Shown here in pieces: positions 52,948 through 61,534 of a stretch of 64,000 nt of DNA (positions within the stretch are counted from its first letter, which is position 1; every line of letters starts with the position of its first letter). A program made the translations under genes and the position numbers. Under the pieces are notes generated by a model, which was given only the letters and a program-made list of their open reading frames with translations, had not been told where the DNA came from and made no database searches. Source of the DNA: Nitrospirota bacterium (GTDB lineage: Bacteria; Nitrospirota; JACRHJ01); NCBI GenBank assembly GCA_016212105.1, contig JACRHJ010000013.1, forward strand, positions 46,782 through 110,781, in the 5' to 3' direction.

Positions 52948-54807
52948 TCATCGCCCCCGCCTTGCCTCAAGTTTCTCCATGAGCGCTGACGCGAGCCCCC
53001 TCTGCCCCTCGTCCGCGGCAAGGCCGAGCGCCTCCCCGGCTCGCGCAACCGCCTCGCCGAACATGCCGTTCTCTGCGTACAGGACGGCAAGGTTGTACGT
53101 CGTCTCGAAACCGGCCGGCGCGGCCTCGACCGCCGCCTCCATCTCCCTGAGCGCCTCAGCCCTCCGGCCGAGACCCCGAAGAGACATGGCGAGCATGTAG
53201 CGCGCCTCGGCGAAGCCCGGGCCGAGCCTGACCGCCTCCGCGAGTTCTCGCGCAGCTTCCCCGTACCGCCCCTCACGGTAGTAGACCTTGCCAAGGTTCA
53301 TGCGGCACTCGGCGCAGGCGGGCTTGAGCCGCACCGCCTCGGCGAACTCGGCCCCGGCCATGTCGGGCCTGCCCATCGCCAGGTAACAGGTGCCGAGGTT
53401 GTTGTGTGCCTTGTACGCCCTCTCGTCGTCCGGCTCCATGGCAAGCGCGCGGCTGAACTCGTCCACTGCCTCCTGGTACCGGCCCGCGTCGAGCAGCGCG
53501 GTGGCGAAATTGACATGCGCCCTCGCGTTGTGCGGAGACTTCCTGGCAACGTCGGCCCAGAGGTCGTAAGGCGTCGCCCAGACCGCGTTCCGGTTGTACG
53601 TAAGCAGCCCGAACAACAGGAGTACCGACACGGCGGCAGCGCGGCGAACGGCAGGCGCGTTTATCAGGCTCCAGCCGGCAACAGCCACGAAGCAGGCGCC
53701 GCCCGCCATCGGCAGGTACAGCCTGTACTCGACGGCGATGTCGGTTATGGGCACTATCACGGACTCAACAACGAAGCCGGCCAGGAACCACAGACCGAAG
53801 AGCGCAAGCTCCGGCCGGGCGCGCCGGAGCCTGTATATCCCCCACAGCATGAAGGCCGCAAGCGCGAGCCCGGCGACAGGAGCGGCCGTGGGCGACGTAA
53901 CGGCCGGAATAGAGTAGTCGGCGTTCTGGTTCACCGGAAACAGCAGCAGACGCGCGTACATCAGGAACGCGCCTGCCTCGGAGAGCCAGTAGGAAAGCAT
54001 GCCGTACTCCCAGACCGGCATCCTCGCGCCGCCCTCCGCATGGCCCCTGAGCGCGAAGTACAGGCCCGCCGCCGTGAGCATGACGGCATATACCGCCCCT
54101 GCCCGCATCCATCCGCGCCCGTCCGCGCGGGACTTCAGGCCCGGCAGTGTGTATACGAGGTCGTACACTGCGTACAATGCGAGGGCATTGAGCGCGATCT
54201 CCTTGGAGAACAGGCCAAACAGGAAGAGTACCGCGGACGATGCGGCCCATCCCCGCTCCGCGCCGTCCCTGTGGCGGATGAAGCAGATAAGCGACAGCAG
54301 GCAGAAAAACACGGCGAAGAGCGACGCGCGGCCCGATATGTAGGTCACGGCATGGGTCTGGACCGGGTGGAGCGCAAATAACGCTGCGGCGAACAGCCGG
54401 GCCGCAAAGCCGTCCCGATGTCCAACCCGACTCATCACCATGCCGGCGAGGACGAAGACGAGCAGCGAGTTCAGTATGTGCACGGCGAGGTTCAGCGCGT
54501 GCCAGCCCGCGACGTCATAGCCTCCGAGGGCGTAGCTCACCGCATAGCTGGCGAGCGTCATTGGGCGGTAGTGCGACCTGTCAGGCCTGTAGCTCGAAAG
54601 CGAGCTGTCCGTGAAGAAATGCGGGAGGTTGGAGATGTCCCGGATGTGCGGGTTGTCCAGTATCTGGTGGTTGTCGTCGTAATGGAACGCCGCGCCGAAT
54701 GTGTTGGAATACGCGAGCGCGCACAGGGCGGCGAGGACGATGACGGCGATGGCCGTCCTCGACGCGCCGGATATATTGCAGAGGCCTCTGGTAGCGTTAT
54801 CTGTCAT
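52948..54807 (-). CDS. Polytopic membrane protein with C-terminal TPR repeats (PMT/DUF1736-like glycosyltransferase-type architecture)
   Basis: About 11 predicted TM helices in the N-terminal 420 aa, then TPR-like repeats (AHVNFATALLDAGRYQEAVDEFSRALAMEPDD...). Confidence 0.65.
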   Translation of the reverse strand: MTDNATRGLCNISGASRTAIAVIVLAALCALAYSNTFGAAFHYDDNHQILDNPHIRDISNLPHFFTDSSLSSYRPDRSHYRPMTLASYAVSYALGGYDVAGWHALNLAVHILNSLLVFVLAGMVMSRVGHRDGFAARLFAAALFALHPVQTHAVTYISGRASLFAVFFCLLSLICFIRHRDGAERGWAASSAVLFLFGLFSKEIALNALALYAVYDLVYTLPGLKSRADGRGWMRAGAVYAVMLTAAGLYFALRGHAEGGARMPVWEYGMLSYWLSEAGAFLMYARLLLFPVNQNADYSIPAVTSPTAAPVAGLALAAFMLWGIYRLRRARPELALFGLWFLAGFVVESVIVPITDIAVEYRLYLPMAGGACFVAVAGWSLINAPAVRRAAAVSVLLLFGLLTYNRNAVWATPYDLWADVARKSPHNARAHVNFATALLDAGRYQEAVDEFSRALAMEPDDERAYKAHNNLGTCYLAMGRPDMAGAEFAEAVRLKPACAECRMNLGKVYYREGRYGEAARELAEAVRLGPGFAEARYMLAMSLRGLGRRAEALREMEAAVEAAPAGFETTYNLAVLYAENGMFGEAVARAGEALGLAADEGQRGLASALMEKLEARRGR

Positions 54808-54920
54808 GTAATCCCGCGTCTCCGTTTGCGCGCTGGCGCGTTATAATGCGCATTAATACCTCTATAAGCAATATTCGAGCCAAATGCCGGAGATGTTTGA
54901 AGATTTTTTCTCGAAAACCC

Positions 54921-54947
54921 TTGACACCCCGGCCGATTTATTATAAT
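54921..54947 (+). promoter_or_regulatory. Putative sigma70 promoter (TTGACA-15-TATAAT) upstream of atpB
   Basis: cccTTGACAccccggccgatttatTATAATatctg. The spacer is slightly short. Confidence 0.35.
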
Positions 54948-55026
54948 ATCTGCCGCTAAGTTTAAAAAGCTAAAAATGCGGACCGGAGAATTTAATCCTG
55001 TATATATAATGTAAAGGGGTAGAACA

Positions 55027-55698
55027 ATGAAAGAAGCGCCGCTTTTCCTGCACAGCCTGCAGCTCGGCAGCTGGCACGTGCCCGCCCACATCGTATACAC
55101 CTGGATCGTCATGGCACTGCTCATAGGCATGTCGCTCATGGTCAGGAGCAACCTGAAGCAGATACCGGGCGGACTCCAGAACCTCGTCGAGGCCTTCATC
55201 GGCGGCATCCGCGACTTCACCGTCAACACGATGGGCCCGCACGGGCTCGACTACTTCCCGCTCATCGGGACCGCGGCCTTCTTCATCCTCATCTCGAACC
55301 TCATCGGCGTCATACCGGGCTTCGAGTCGCCCACGTCGAACCTCAACACCACCGCGGCATGCGCGCTCGTCGTCTTCGCCTCGACCCACGTCGTCGGGCT
55401 GTCGAAGCACGGCCTCGGCTACATCAAGCACTTCATGGGCCCGGTGCCCTGGCTCATCTGGCTTATGTTCCCCATCGAAGTGATAGGCCATCTGGCCCGT
55501 CCGGTCAGCCTTTCGCTCCGTCTCTTCGGCAACATCAAGGGCGAGGACCTGGTCATAGCCGTCCTGTTCTTGCTCGTCCCTTACTTGTTGCCATCGGTAA
55601 TGCTTGGGGTGGCAATATTCACGAGCTTCGTCCAGACGTTCGTCTTCTGTCTGCTGACGATGCTCTACCTTGCGGGCGCGATGGAGCACGCGCATTAA
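55027..55698 (+). CDS. atpB: F0F1 ATP synthase subunit a
   Basis: Five TM helices and the conserved R in LSLRLFGNI; 223 aa. Confidence 0.9.
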   Translation: MKEAPLFLHSLQLGSWHVPAHIVYTWIVMALLIGMSLMVRSNLKQIPGGLQNLVEAFIGGIRDFTVNTMGPHGLDYFPLIGTAAFFILISNLIGVIPGFESPTSNLNTTAACALVVFASTHVVGLSKHGLGYIKHFMGPVPWLIWLMFPIEVIGHLARPVSLSLRLFGNIKGEDLVIAVLFLLVPYLLPSVMLGVAIFTSFVQTFVFCLLTMLYLAGAMEHAH

Positions 55699-55765
55699 GC
55701 CGTAATAACGGGGCCTCGGCCCTCGCATACAGTATCCATCATTCGGGAAAGGAGGAACAAAACAA

Positions 55766-56131
55766 ATGAAAAAGACATTCTTCATGATGCTCATGAGCCT
55801 GGTCGCCGTCGCGCTTTCCGCCCCGGTCGCCCTCGCTGAGGAGATGGCCACCGCCGCCGCTACCGGCGCCGTCGACCACTCCAGCATCTATTCGTACGTC
55901 GCGCTCGGCTCCGGCCTGGGCATCGGCCTCGCCGCCCTCGGCACCGGTATCGGCCAGGGCATCGCGGCCAACGGCGCCGTCGAGGGTATCTCCAGGAACC
56001 CCGGCGCGTCCGGCAAGATCATGACCACCATGATCATCGGCCTCGCCATGATCGAGTCCCTCGCCATCTACGCGCTGGTCGTGTCGCTCATCATGCTCTT
56101 CATGAACCCGTACAAGATCTTCGCGGCCTAA
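55766..56131 (+). CDS. atpE: F0F1 ATP synthase subunit c with N-terminal signal-peptide-like extension
   Basis: [19 protein letters not shown] and [17 protein letters not shown] (the E/D carboxylate helix), preceded by [24 protein letters not shown]. Confidence 0.85.
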   Translation: MKKTFFMMLMSLVAVALSAPVALAEEMATAAATGAVDHSSIYSYVALGSGLGIGLAALGTGIGQGIAANGAVEGISRNPGASGKIMTTMIIGLAMIESLAIYALVVSLIMLFMNPYKIFAA

Positions 56132-56156
56132 GGGTTTACGGAACCAGTATGCAAAA

Positions 56157-56188
56157 AGCCCCGTCCTTTTGGACGGGGCTTTTTTTAT
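56157..56188 (+). terminator. Rho-independent terminator after atpE
   Basis: agccccgtcc-tttt-ggacggggct followed by ttttttta. Confidence 0.8.
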
Positions 56189-56189
56189 T

Positions 56190-56385
56190 CAGGTTTTATG
56201 TAGGGGCCGACCCGTGTGTCGGCCCTTCATTTGTCTTATGTCTTGTGTAGGGGCGGGTCCCCGTGCCCGCCCTGGTATTACCGGCGCGCCGGAGTGCCGC
56301 GCCCTGCAAATTCAAAGGCAAGGGCCGACACGACGGTCGGCCCCTACAATTTTGATGGGCGCGGAAAACCGCGCCCATAATCAAT
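56190..56385. repeat. Intergenic mosaic (C, D, E-like, C, F)
   Basis: tgtaggggccgacccgtgtgtcggccc; tgtaggggcgggtccccgtgcccgccc; gggccgacacgacggtcggcccctacaa; gggcgcggaaaaccgcgccc. Confidence 0.85.
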
Positions 56386-56386
56386 A

Positions 56387-57718
56387 TTACACCACCACGC
56401 CCACCAGATCATAAGTGTGCGCCTCTGTAATCTCCACGTCCACCATCATACCCGGCTTTACCTTGCCCTCTGTAATGTATATCACGCCGTCGATGTCCGG
56501 GGCCTGGAAGTACGCGCGCCCCGCTATCAGCATCTCCGACTCCTTCGACGGACCGTCGACAAGGACCTTGTAAACCTGTCCGACGCGCACTTTATTCTTC
56601 GCAAGCGATATCTTCGCCTGCGCCTTCATAAGCTGGTCGCGCCGCTCGGCCGCAAGCTCCTCGCTGACCTTTCCGGCAAAACCCGCCGCGGGCGTCCCCT
56701 CCTCCTCCGAGTACGTGAACACGCCCAGGTGGTCGAACTCCGCGGACTTCACGAACCTGAGCAGCGCCATGAACTTCTCGCGCGTCTCGCCGGGGAAACC
56801 GACGATTATGGACGTCCTGAGCGCGACTCCGGGTATCTTCGCGCGTATCCGCTTTATCAGCGCGCGAATCTGCTTCGACGTCACCTTCCGGCCCATGCTC
56901 GATAGTATCTCGTCGTCTATGTGCTGGACCGGTATGTCGAGGTATTTGACCACTTTGCCGCTTCCCGCGATGAAGTCCAGCAGCTCGTCCGTGTAGTGCG
57001 CGGGATGCGTGTACAGGAGCCGCACCCATTCGAGCCCCTTTATACCTTCGAGCTGGGTCAGGAGGCCGGTCAGAGACTCCGTCGCCTTGAGGTCCGTCCC
57101 GTACGCGGTTATGTCCTGGGCGATTATGCAGACCTCTTTCACTCCCTGCCTGGCCATTGTCCTGGCCTCGGTGACAACGGAAGCCGAAGGCCGGCTCCTG
57201 AGCCTGCCGCGCACGGACGGTATGACACAGTACGAGCAGCGGTTGTCGCAGCCGTCCGAAACCTTGAGGTAGCCCCAATGCTTCGGGGTGAACCGGACAC
57301 GCGGTGTGTCGTGGCTGTAGACGAGCTTGGGCACGGGTACGCGGTGGGCCTTCCTCTCGTCGGCGCCCCTGGCAAGCCCGGCCAGGACCTCGGCGACCCT
57401 GTCGAACTCGCCGGTGCCGAGGTACGCGTCCACTTCGGGAAGCTCCTTGAGCATGCCCGCCTTGTACCTCTGCGACATGCAGCCGGTGACTATGAGGTGC
57501 TTGAGGTGCCCGTGCTCCTTGAGGTCGGCGGTTTCGAGTATCGCCTGTATGGACTCCTCGGTCGCGTCCTTTATAAAGGCGCAGGTATTGACGACGATAA
57601 CCTCCGCGTCCGTCTCGGATGCGGTAATCTCGTGGCCCGCGTCCATCAGGAGCCCGACCATCACCTCCGCGTCCACCTGGTTCTTGGGGCATCCGAGGCT
57701 TATCATACCGACCTTCAT
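56387..57718 (-). CDS. rimO: Ribosomal protein S12 methylthiotransferase RimO (radical SAM MTTase with TRAM domain)
   Basis: MTTase N-domain (ISLGCPKNQVDAE), radical SAM CxxxCxxC (CDNRCSYC), C-terminal TRAM domain. Confidence 0.9.
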   Translation of the reverse strand: MKVGMISLGCPKNQVDAEVMVGLLMDAGHEITASETDAEVIVVNTCAFIKDATEESIQAILETADLKEHGHLKHLIVTGCMSQRYKAGMLKELPEVDAYLGTGEFDRVAEVLAGLARGADERKAHRVPVPKLVYSHDTPRVRFTPKHWGYLKVSDGCDNRCSYCVIPSVRGRLRSRPSASVVTEARTMARQGVKEVCIIAQDITAYGTDLKATESLTGLLTQLEGIKGLEWVRLLYTHPAHYTDELLDFIAGSGKVVKYLDIPVQHIDDEILSSMGRKVTSKQIRALIKRIRAKIPGVALRTSIIVGFPGETREKFMALLRFVKSAEFDHLGVFTYSEEEGTPAAGFAGKVSEELAAERRDQLMKAQAKISLAKNKVRVGQVYKVLVDGPSKESEMLIAGRAYFQAPDIDGVIYITEGKVKPGMMVDVEITEAHTYDLVGVVV

Positions 57719-57724
57719 AATCTA

Positions 57725-57885
57725 CCTCATTTCCTTCAATGGTGTCATTCTGAGCGCAACGAAGAATCCGCCTGTATCAATAAAACCATCCCTCACCCGG
57801 CCCTTCGGGCCACCCTCTCCCCTTGAAGGGATAGGGTACATTATATAAGTCCCTCTTAGTTTCAGAGGGGGCTGGGGGTGAAGGC
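57725..57885. repeat. Intergenic modules (J, M)
   Basis: ggtgtcattctgagcgcaacgaagaatccgcc (revcomp of the J family); ccctcttagtttcagagggggctgggggtg. Confidence 0.7.
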
Positions 57886-57887
57886 TT

Positions 57888-58772
57888 CTACTTTTTCTTC
57901 TCCGCCTTTATGCTCTCCCTCCGGAGCACCGAGCCCCGGAGCATGTATATCACAAGCCTGAGCGCGATGCCCACGTACACCAGCCAGTTGTACAGGAATA
58001 TGTGCTTGTCCGCGAAATGCTTGTTGTAGAATATGAACAGGGACTTGTGGTATATCCAGACCATACGGTAGCCCTTGGTGCTCTTGCCCCGGTAATGGAC
58101 GACCTCGGCCTTGGGTATGTAGAATATACGCCAGCCCGCGTCCTTTATGCGCAGGCACCAGTCCACGTCCTGCGCCGCCATGAAGAACCGCTCGTCCAGG
58201 AGCCCGACCTGGTCGACCACCTCGCGCCGGACCATGAGGCAGGCGCCGTTTATCTGGTCAACTTCCTCGACATCGCCGTAGCCCTCGCGCTCGAAGAAGT
58301 ACTCGCGCGTGTACGGGTTCTTCGGGAACAGCCTGTACAGCCCGGTCGACACGAATATCGCGGCCATCATCGTCGGGCGCATCTTGCCGGTGTGCTGGAT
58401 TGTGCCGTCCGGGTTCAGGAGAGTGCCGCCGCACGCGCCCGCGTCCGGAGTTTTGTCCATGAACTCGACCATCATGTCGAGCGCGTTCGGCTTGACGTAT
58501 GTGTCCTCGTTCAGGAGGACGTAGTAACGCCCGGCCGCAATCTTCATCGCGAGGTTGTTGTTCTCTGAGAAGCCGAGCTTCGTCTTGTTCACGATGAGGC
58601 GGACGTCCGGGTACTCCGCCTTCGTCATCTCAAGGCTGCCGTCGGTCGATGCGTTCTCGACGAGTATCACCTCGAAGCTGATCCGCTGCGTGTTCTCGTA
58701 GACGGACTTCAGGCAGTCCCGCAGGAGGTCGCGGTTGTTCGTGTTAACAATGCATATGGAGAGGTCGGGCAT
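57888..58772 (-). CDS. Family 2 glycosyltransferase
   Basis: ICIVNTNNRDLL..., VILVENASTDGS, DED-like motifs; 294 aa. Confidence 0.85.
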   Translation of the reverse strand: MPDLSICIVNTNNRDLLRDCLKSVYENTQRISFEVILVENASTDGSLEMTKAEYPDVRLIVNKTKLGFSENNNLAMKIAAGRYYVLLNEDTYVKPNALDMMVEFMDKTPDAGACGGTLLNPDGTIQHTGKMRPTMMAAIFVSTGLYRLFPKNPYTREYFFEREGYGDVEEVDQINGACLMVRREVVDQVGLLDERFFMAAQDVDWCLRIKDAGWRIFYIPKAEVVHYRGKSTKGYRMVWIYHKSLFIFYNKHFADKHIFLYNWLVYVGIALRLVIYMLRGSVLRRESIKAEKKK

Positions 58773-58785
58773 AAGTAACGTGTCT

Positions 58786-58806
58786 CGTGTTCGTATTTCG
58801 TGTTCG
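58786..58806 (-). promoter_or_regulatory. Second copy of the CA-rich element cgaacacgaaatacgaacacg, 13 nt upstream of the GT2 start codon
   Basis: Minus strand reads ttaacgaacacgaaatacgaacacgagacacgttacttATG; no SD present. Confidence 0.4.
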
Positions 58807-58809
58807 TTA

Positions 58810-59046
58810 AAATCAAAACCGCCGGGCGCGGCTTTCGCGCCCGTTCCATTTGTAGGGGCCGACCTATGTGTCGGCCCTTCTTAATTATTTGTCGCCCCGT
58901 GCTTGACACGGGGTCCAGGAATTTTAAACTTCCTGGATTCCCGCCTTCGCGGGAATGACGGGCAAAGGCTGAGATTGCCGCGTCGCGTTGCTCCTCGCAA
59001 AGACAGGCAGGGCAGGGCGGGCACGGGGACCCGCCCCTACATAAAA
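58810..59046. repeat. Intergenic mosaic (C, H, A, P, D)
   Basis: tgtaggggccgacctatgtgtcggccc; ccccgtgcttgacacgggg; ggattcccgccttcgcgggaatgac; cgcaaagacagg; gggcgggcacggggacccgcccctacataaaa. Confidence 0.85.
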
Positions 59047-60027
59047 TCAGGCATCCGGCTCCCCGAAGAGCCGCCTCATTTCTTTTGCGGAAATCCTGCG
59101 CCGGGCCATTATATCCCGCCTCTTCGCGAGCGCGTCCGGCAGGAGCTTTACCACGTCCGCGTACGCGAGGAACAGGAACGGTTCAAAGAGGAGCGCGTAG
59201 GTCATGAGCTTCAGCTCGTACCAGAGGAGCCACGGAAGGCTAATCAGCACGTTTACCGGGTCGTCGTCCTTTATCATCGTCAGGTAGCGGTTCTTGTGCG
59301 AATGCCGCCTTATGAACTTGGGCACGGAGCTGCGCCCGGCCTCTTTCCAGCCGCGCCCGTGCTCGGCGACCGCATCCGGGACGTACAGCGTCTCCCAGCC
59401 CATTAAATTCATCCGCCATGCGAGGTCCACGTCTTCCTTGTACGAGAAGAACGACTCGTCGAAGACCTCGCCGTCAACCGCGACGTCGTCCAGCATCCTG
59501 CGCAAGAGGAGGGCGCACGCGCCGCACGGACCGAAGACACGGCAGGGCACGTCGTACTGGCCCATGTCCCGCTCCTCGCGGCCCCGGTCGAGCGCCTTCC
59601 GGTTCCTGTGCATCACCAGCCCGGCGGAGTCGATAAGCCCGGCGCTATCCGGCCTGACGAGCTTGGGGGCGACCGCACCCACGCCTCCGGCGGCCCATCC
59701 GGCGGAGGGTTTGTCGATGGCTGACAGCAGCCTGCCCACGAACCCCGGCACGAAACTTATGTCCGGGTTGACAAGGAGGATGTACTCGCCGGTCGCGGCG
59801 CGTATGCCCTGGTTGGCGGCGGCGGCGAACCCGCGGTTGTCTTCGTTATATATCAGCTTGGCGGATGGGCAACCGGCCCTGACCACGGCAAGAGTGCCGT
59901 CCACCGATCCGTTGTCGACGACGATTATCTCAGTGACGGCGGCATCGGCCGCAAGGCTACTCAGCAGCCCGGCTATTTCCGCCGCGCTGTTCCATGAGAT
60001 CGTCACGGCGGATACCAGCGCGCTCAT
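59047..60027 (-). CDS. Family 2 glycosyltransferase
   Basis: VTISWNSAAEI..., IIVVDNGSVDGT, LLVNPD; 326 aa. Confidence 0.85.
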   Translation of the reverse strand: MSALVSAVTISWNSAAEIAGLLSSLAADAAVTEIIVVDNGSVDGTLAVVRAGCPSAKLIYNEDNRGFAAAANQGIRAATGEYILLVNPDISFVPGFVGRLLSAIDKPSAGWAAGGVGAVAPKLVRPDSAGLIDSAGLVMHRNRKALDRGREERDMGQYDVPCRVFGPCGACALLLRRMLDDVAVDGEVFDESFFSYKEDVDLAWRMNLMGWETLYVPDAVAEHGRGWKEAGRSSVPKFIRRHSHKNRYLTMIKDDDPVNVLISLPWLLWYELKLMTYALLFEPFLFLAYADVVKLLPDALAKRRDIMARRRISAKEMRRLFGEPDA

Positions 60028-60106
60028 CCATCCTCCCCTCGTCCTCGGGACGCATGACCGCGCGCTGACGACGGATACATGGTTTCATCCCTGGCGACCA
60101 GGGCCA

Positions 60107-61516
60107 TCACGGCCTCCTGTATACGTCGTCGAACCTTACGATGTCGTCTTCTTTCAGATACTCCCCGTTCTGCACCTCGATTATCTGGAGCGGGACCTTC
60201 CCGGGGTTCTCGAGCCGGTGCCTGGTGGACATCGGTATGTAAGTGGACTCGTTAACGTGCACGTTCGTCACCTGGTCGCCGTTTGTCACGCGGGCCGTAC
60301 CGGCCACGACCACCCAGTGCTCGCTTCGGTGGTGGTGCATCTGGTGGGAGAGCTTCGCGCCGGGCTTGACCTCTATGCGTTTTATCTTGTACATCGGGCC
60401 TTCCTGCAGGACGGTATACGAGCCCCACGGACGCTTGACGGTCTTGTGCGTGATGTGTTCGTCGTAGCCGCGCCTCTTCAGCTCGGCCACGACCTCCTTC
60501 ACGTCCTGGGCCCGGTCCTTCCTGCAGACCAGCGTCGCGTCGGGGGTGTCCACGATTATCACGTCCTCAAGCCCGACCGCCGCGACCAGCCTGTCCTCGG
60601 CGTAGAACGTAGATCCCTTGCAGCCAACGTTCACGACCTTGCCGACCGAGACGTTTCCGTCCGCGTCCGGCGGAATTACCTCGCCGATAGCGTCCCAGCT
60701 TCCGAGGTCCGACCACGAGAAGTCCGCGACGATTACCGCGACGTTCTTCGAGCGCTCCATCACGCCGTAGTCAATGGAGATGGCCTTGACGGCGGAGAAC
60801 TCCTTATCGAGGACGGCGGCCTCCCTGGGCGTTCCGATCGCCTTGCCTATCCTGCCGAGCGACTTCGACAGCTCCGGCATGTGCTTCTTTATCTCGGCGA
60901 GGACGACGTCAGCGCGCCATACGAACATGCCGCTGTTCCAGAGGTACTCGCCTGATGCGACGTAATTCGCGGCCGTGTCCGTGTCCGGCTTCTCGACGAA
61001 CCGCTCGACCTTGAAGCTTCCCTTGTCTATCTTTGCGCCGAGCTTTATGTACCCATATCCGGTCTCCGGCCTGGTCGGCCTTATGCCGAAGACGACGAGG
61101 TACCCGGCCTCGGCCAGCTTCGCGGCCTTCCTCAGCACCGCGTGGAACTTAGCCTTCTCCTTTATCAGGTGGTCGGAGGGCAGGACGGCGATGACCGACT
61201 CCGGGTCGTCGATGCCCAGGTATAGCGCGCCGAGACCGACGGCCGGGGCGGTGTTCCGGGGCACCGGCTCCAGCATGATGTTTTTCTCCGGACCCGCGAT
61301 ACCCGCGTCGGCGAGCTGGCCCTTAATATCGAGGAGCAACTTGCCGTTGGTTATGATATGCACGTCCGCGGGCTTTATCATGGGCCCAAGCCGGAGCGCG
61401 GTCTCCTGGAGGAGCGTGTGTCCCCCGCCAATCCTGAGGAGCTGCTTGGGGTAGAGTTCCCTCGACAGCGGCCAGAACCTTGTACCCTGCCCGCCTGCCA
61501 ATATCAGCGCTTTCAC
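60107..61516 (-). CDS. manC: Mannose-1-phosphate guanylyltransferase / mannose-6-phosphate isomerase (bifunctional, cupin C-terminus)
   Basis: MKALILAGGQGTRFWPLSRELYPKQ..., C-terminal cupin HHHRSEHWVVVAGTARVT; 469 aa. Confidence 0.9.
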   Translation of the reverse strand: MKALILAGGQGTRFWPLSRELYPKQLLRIGGGHTLLQETALRLGPMIKPADVHIITNGKLLLDIKGQLADAGIAGPEKNIMLEPVPRNTAPAVGLGALYLGIDDPESVIAVLPSDHLIKEKAKFHAVLRKAAKLAEAGYLVVFGIRPTRPETGYGYIKLGAKIDKGSFKVERFVEKPDTDTAANYVASGEYLWNSGMFVWRADVVLAEIKKHMPELSKSLGRIGKAIGTPREAAVLDKEFSAVKAISIDYGVMERSKNVAVIVADFSWSDLGSWDAIGEVIPPDADGNVSVGKVVNVGCKGSTFYAEDRLVAAVGLEDVIIVDTPDATLVCRKDRAQDVKEVVAELKRRGYDEHITHKTVKRPWGSYTVLQEGPMYKIKRIEVKPGAKLSHQMHHHRSEHWVVVAGTARVTNGDQVTNVHVNESTYIPMSTRHRLENPGKVPLQIIEVQNGEYLKEDDIVRFDDVYRRP

Positions 61517-61534
61517 TTTGTGAATCCCTCCAAC

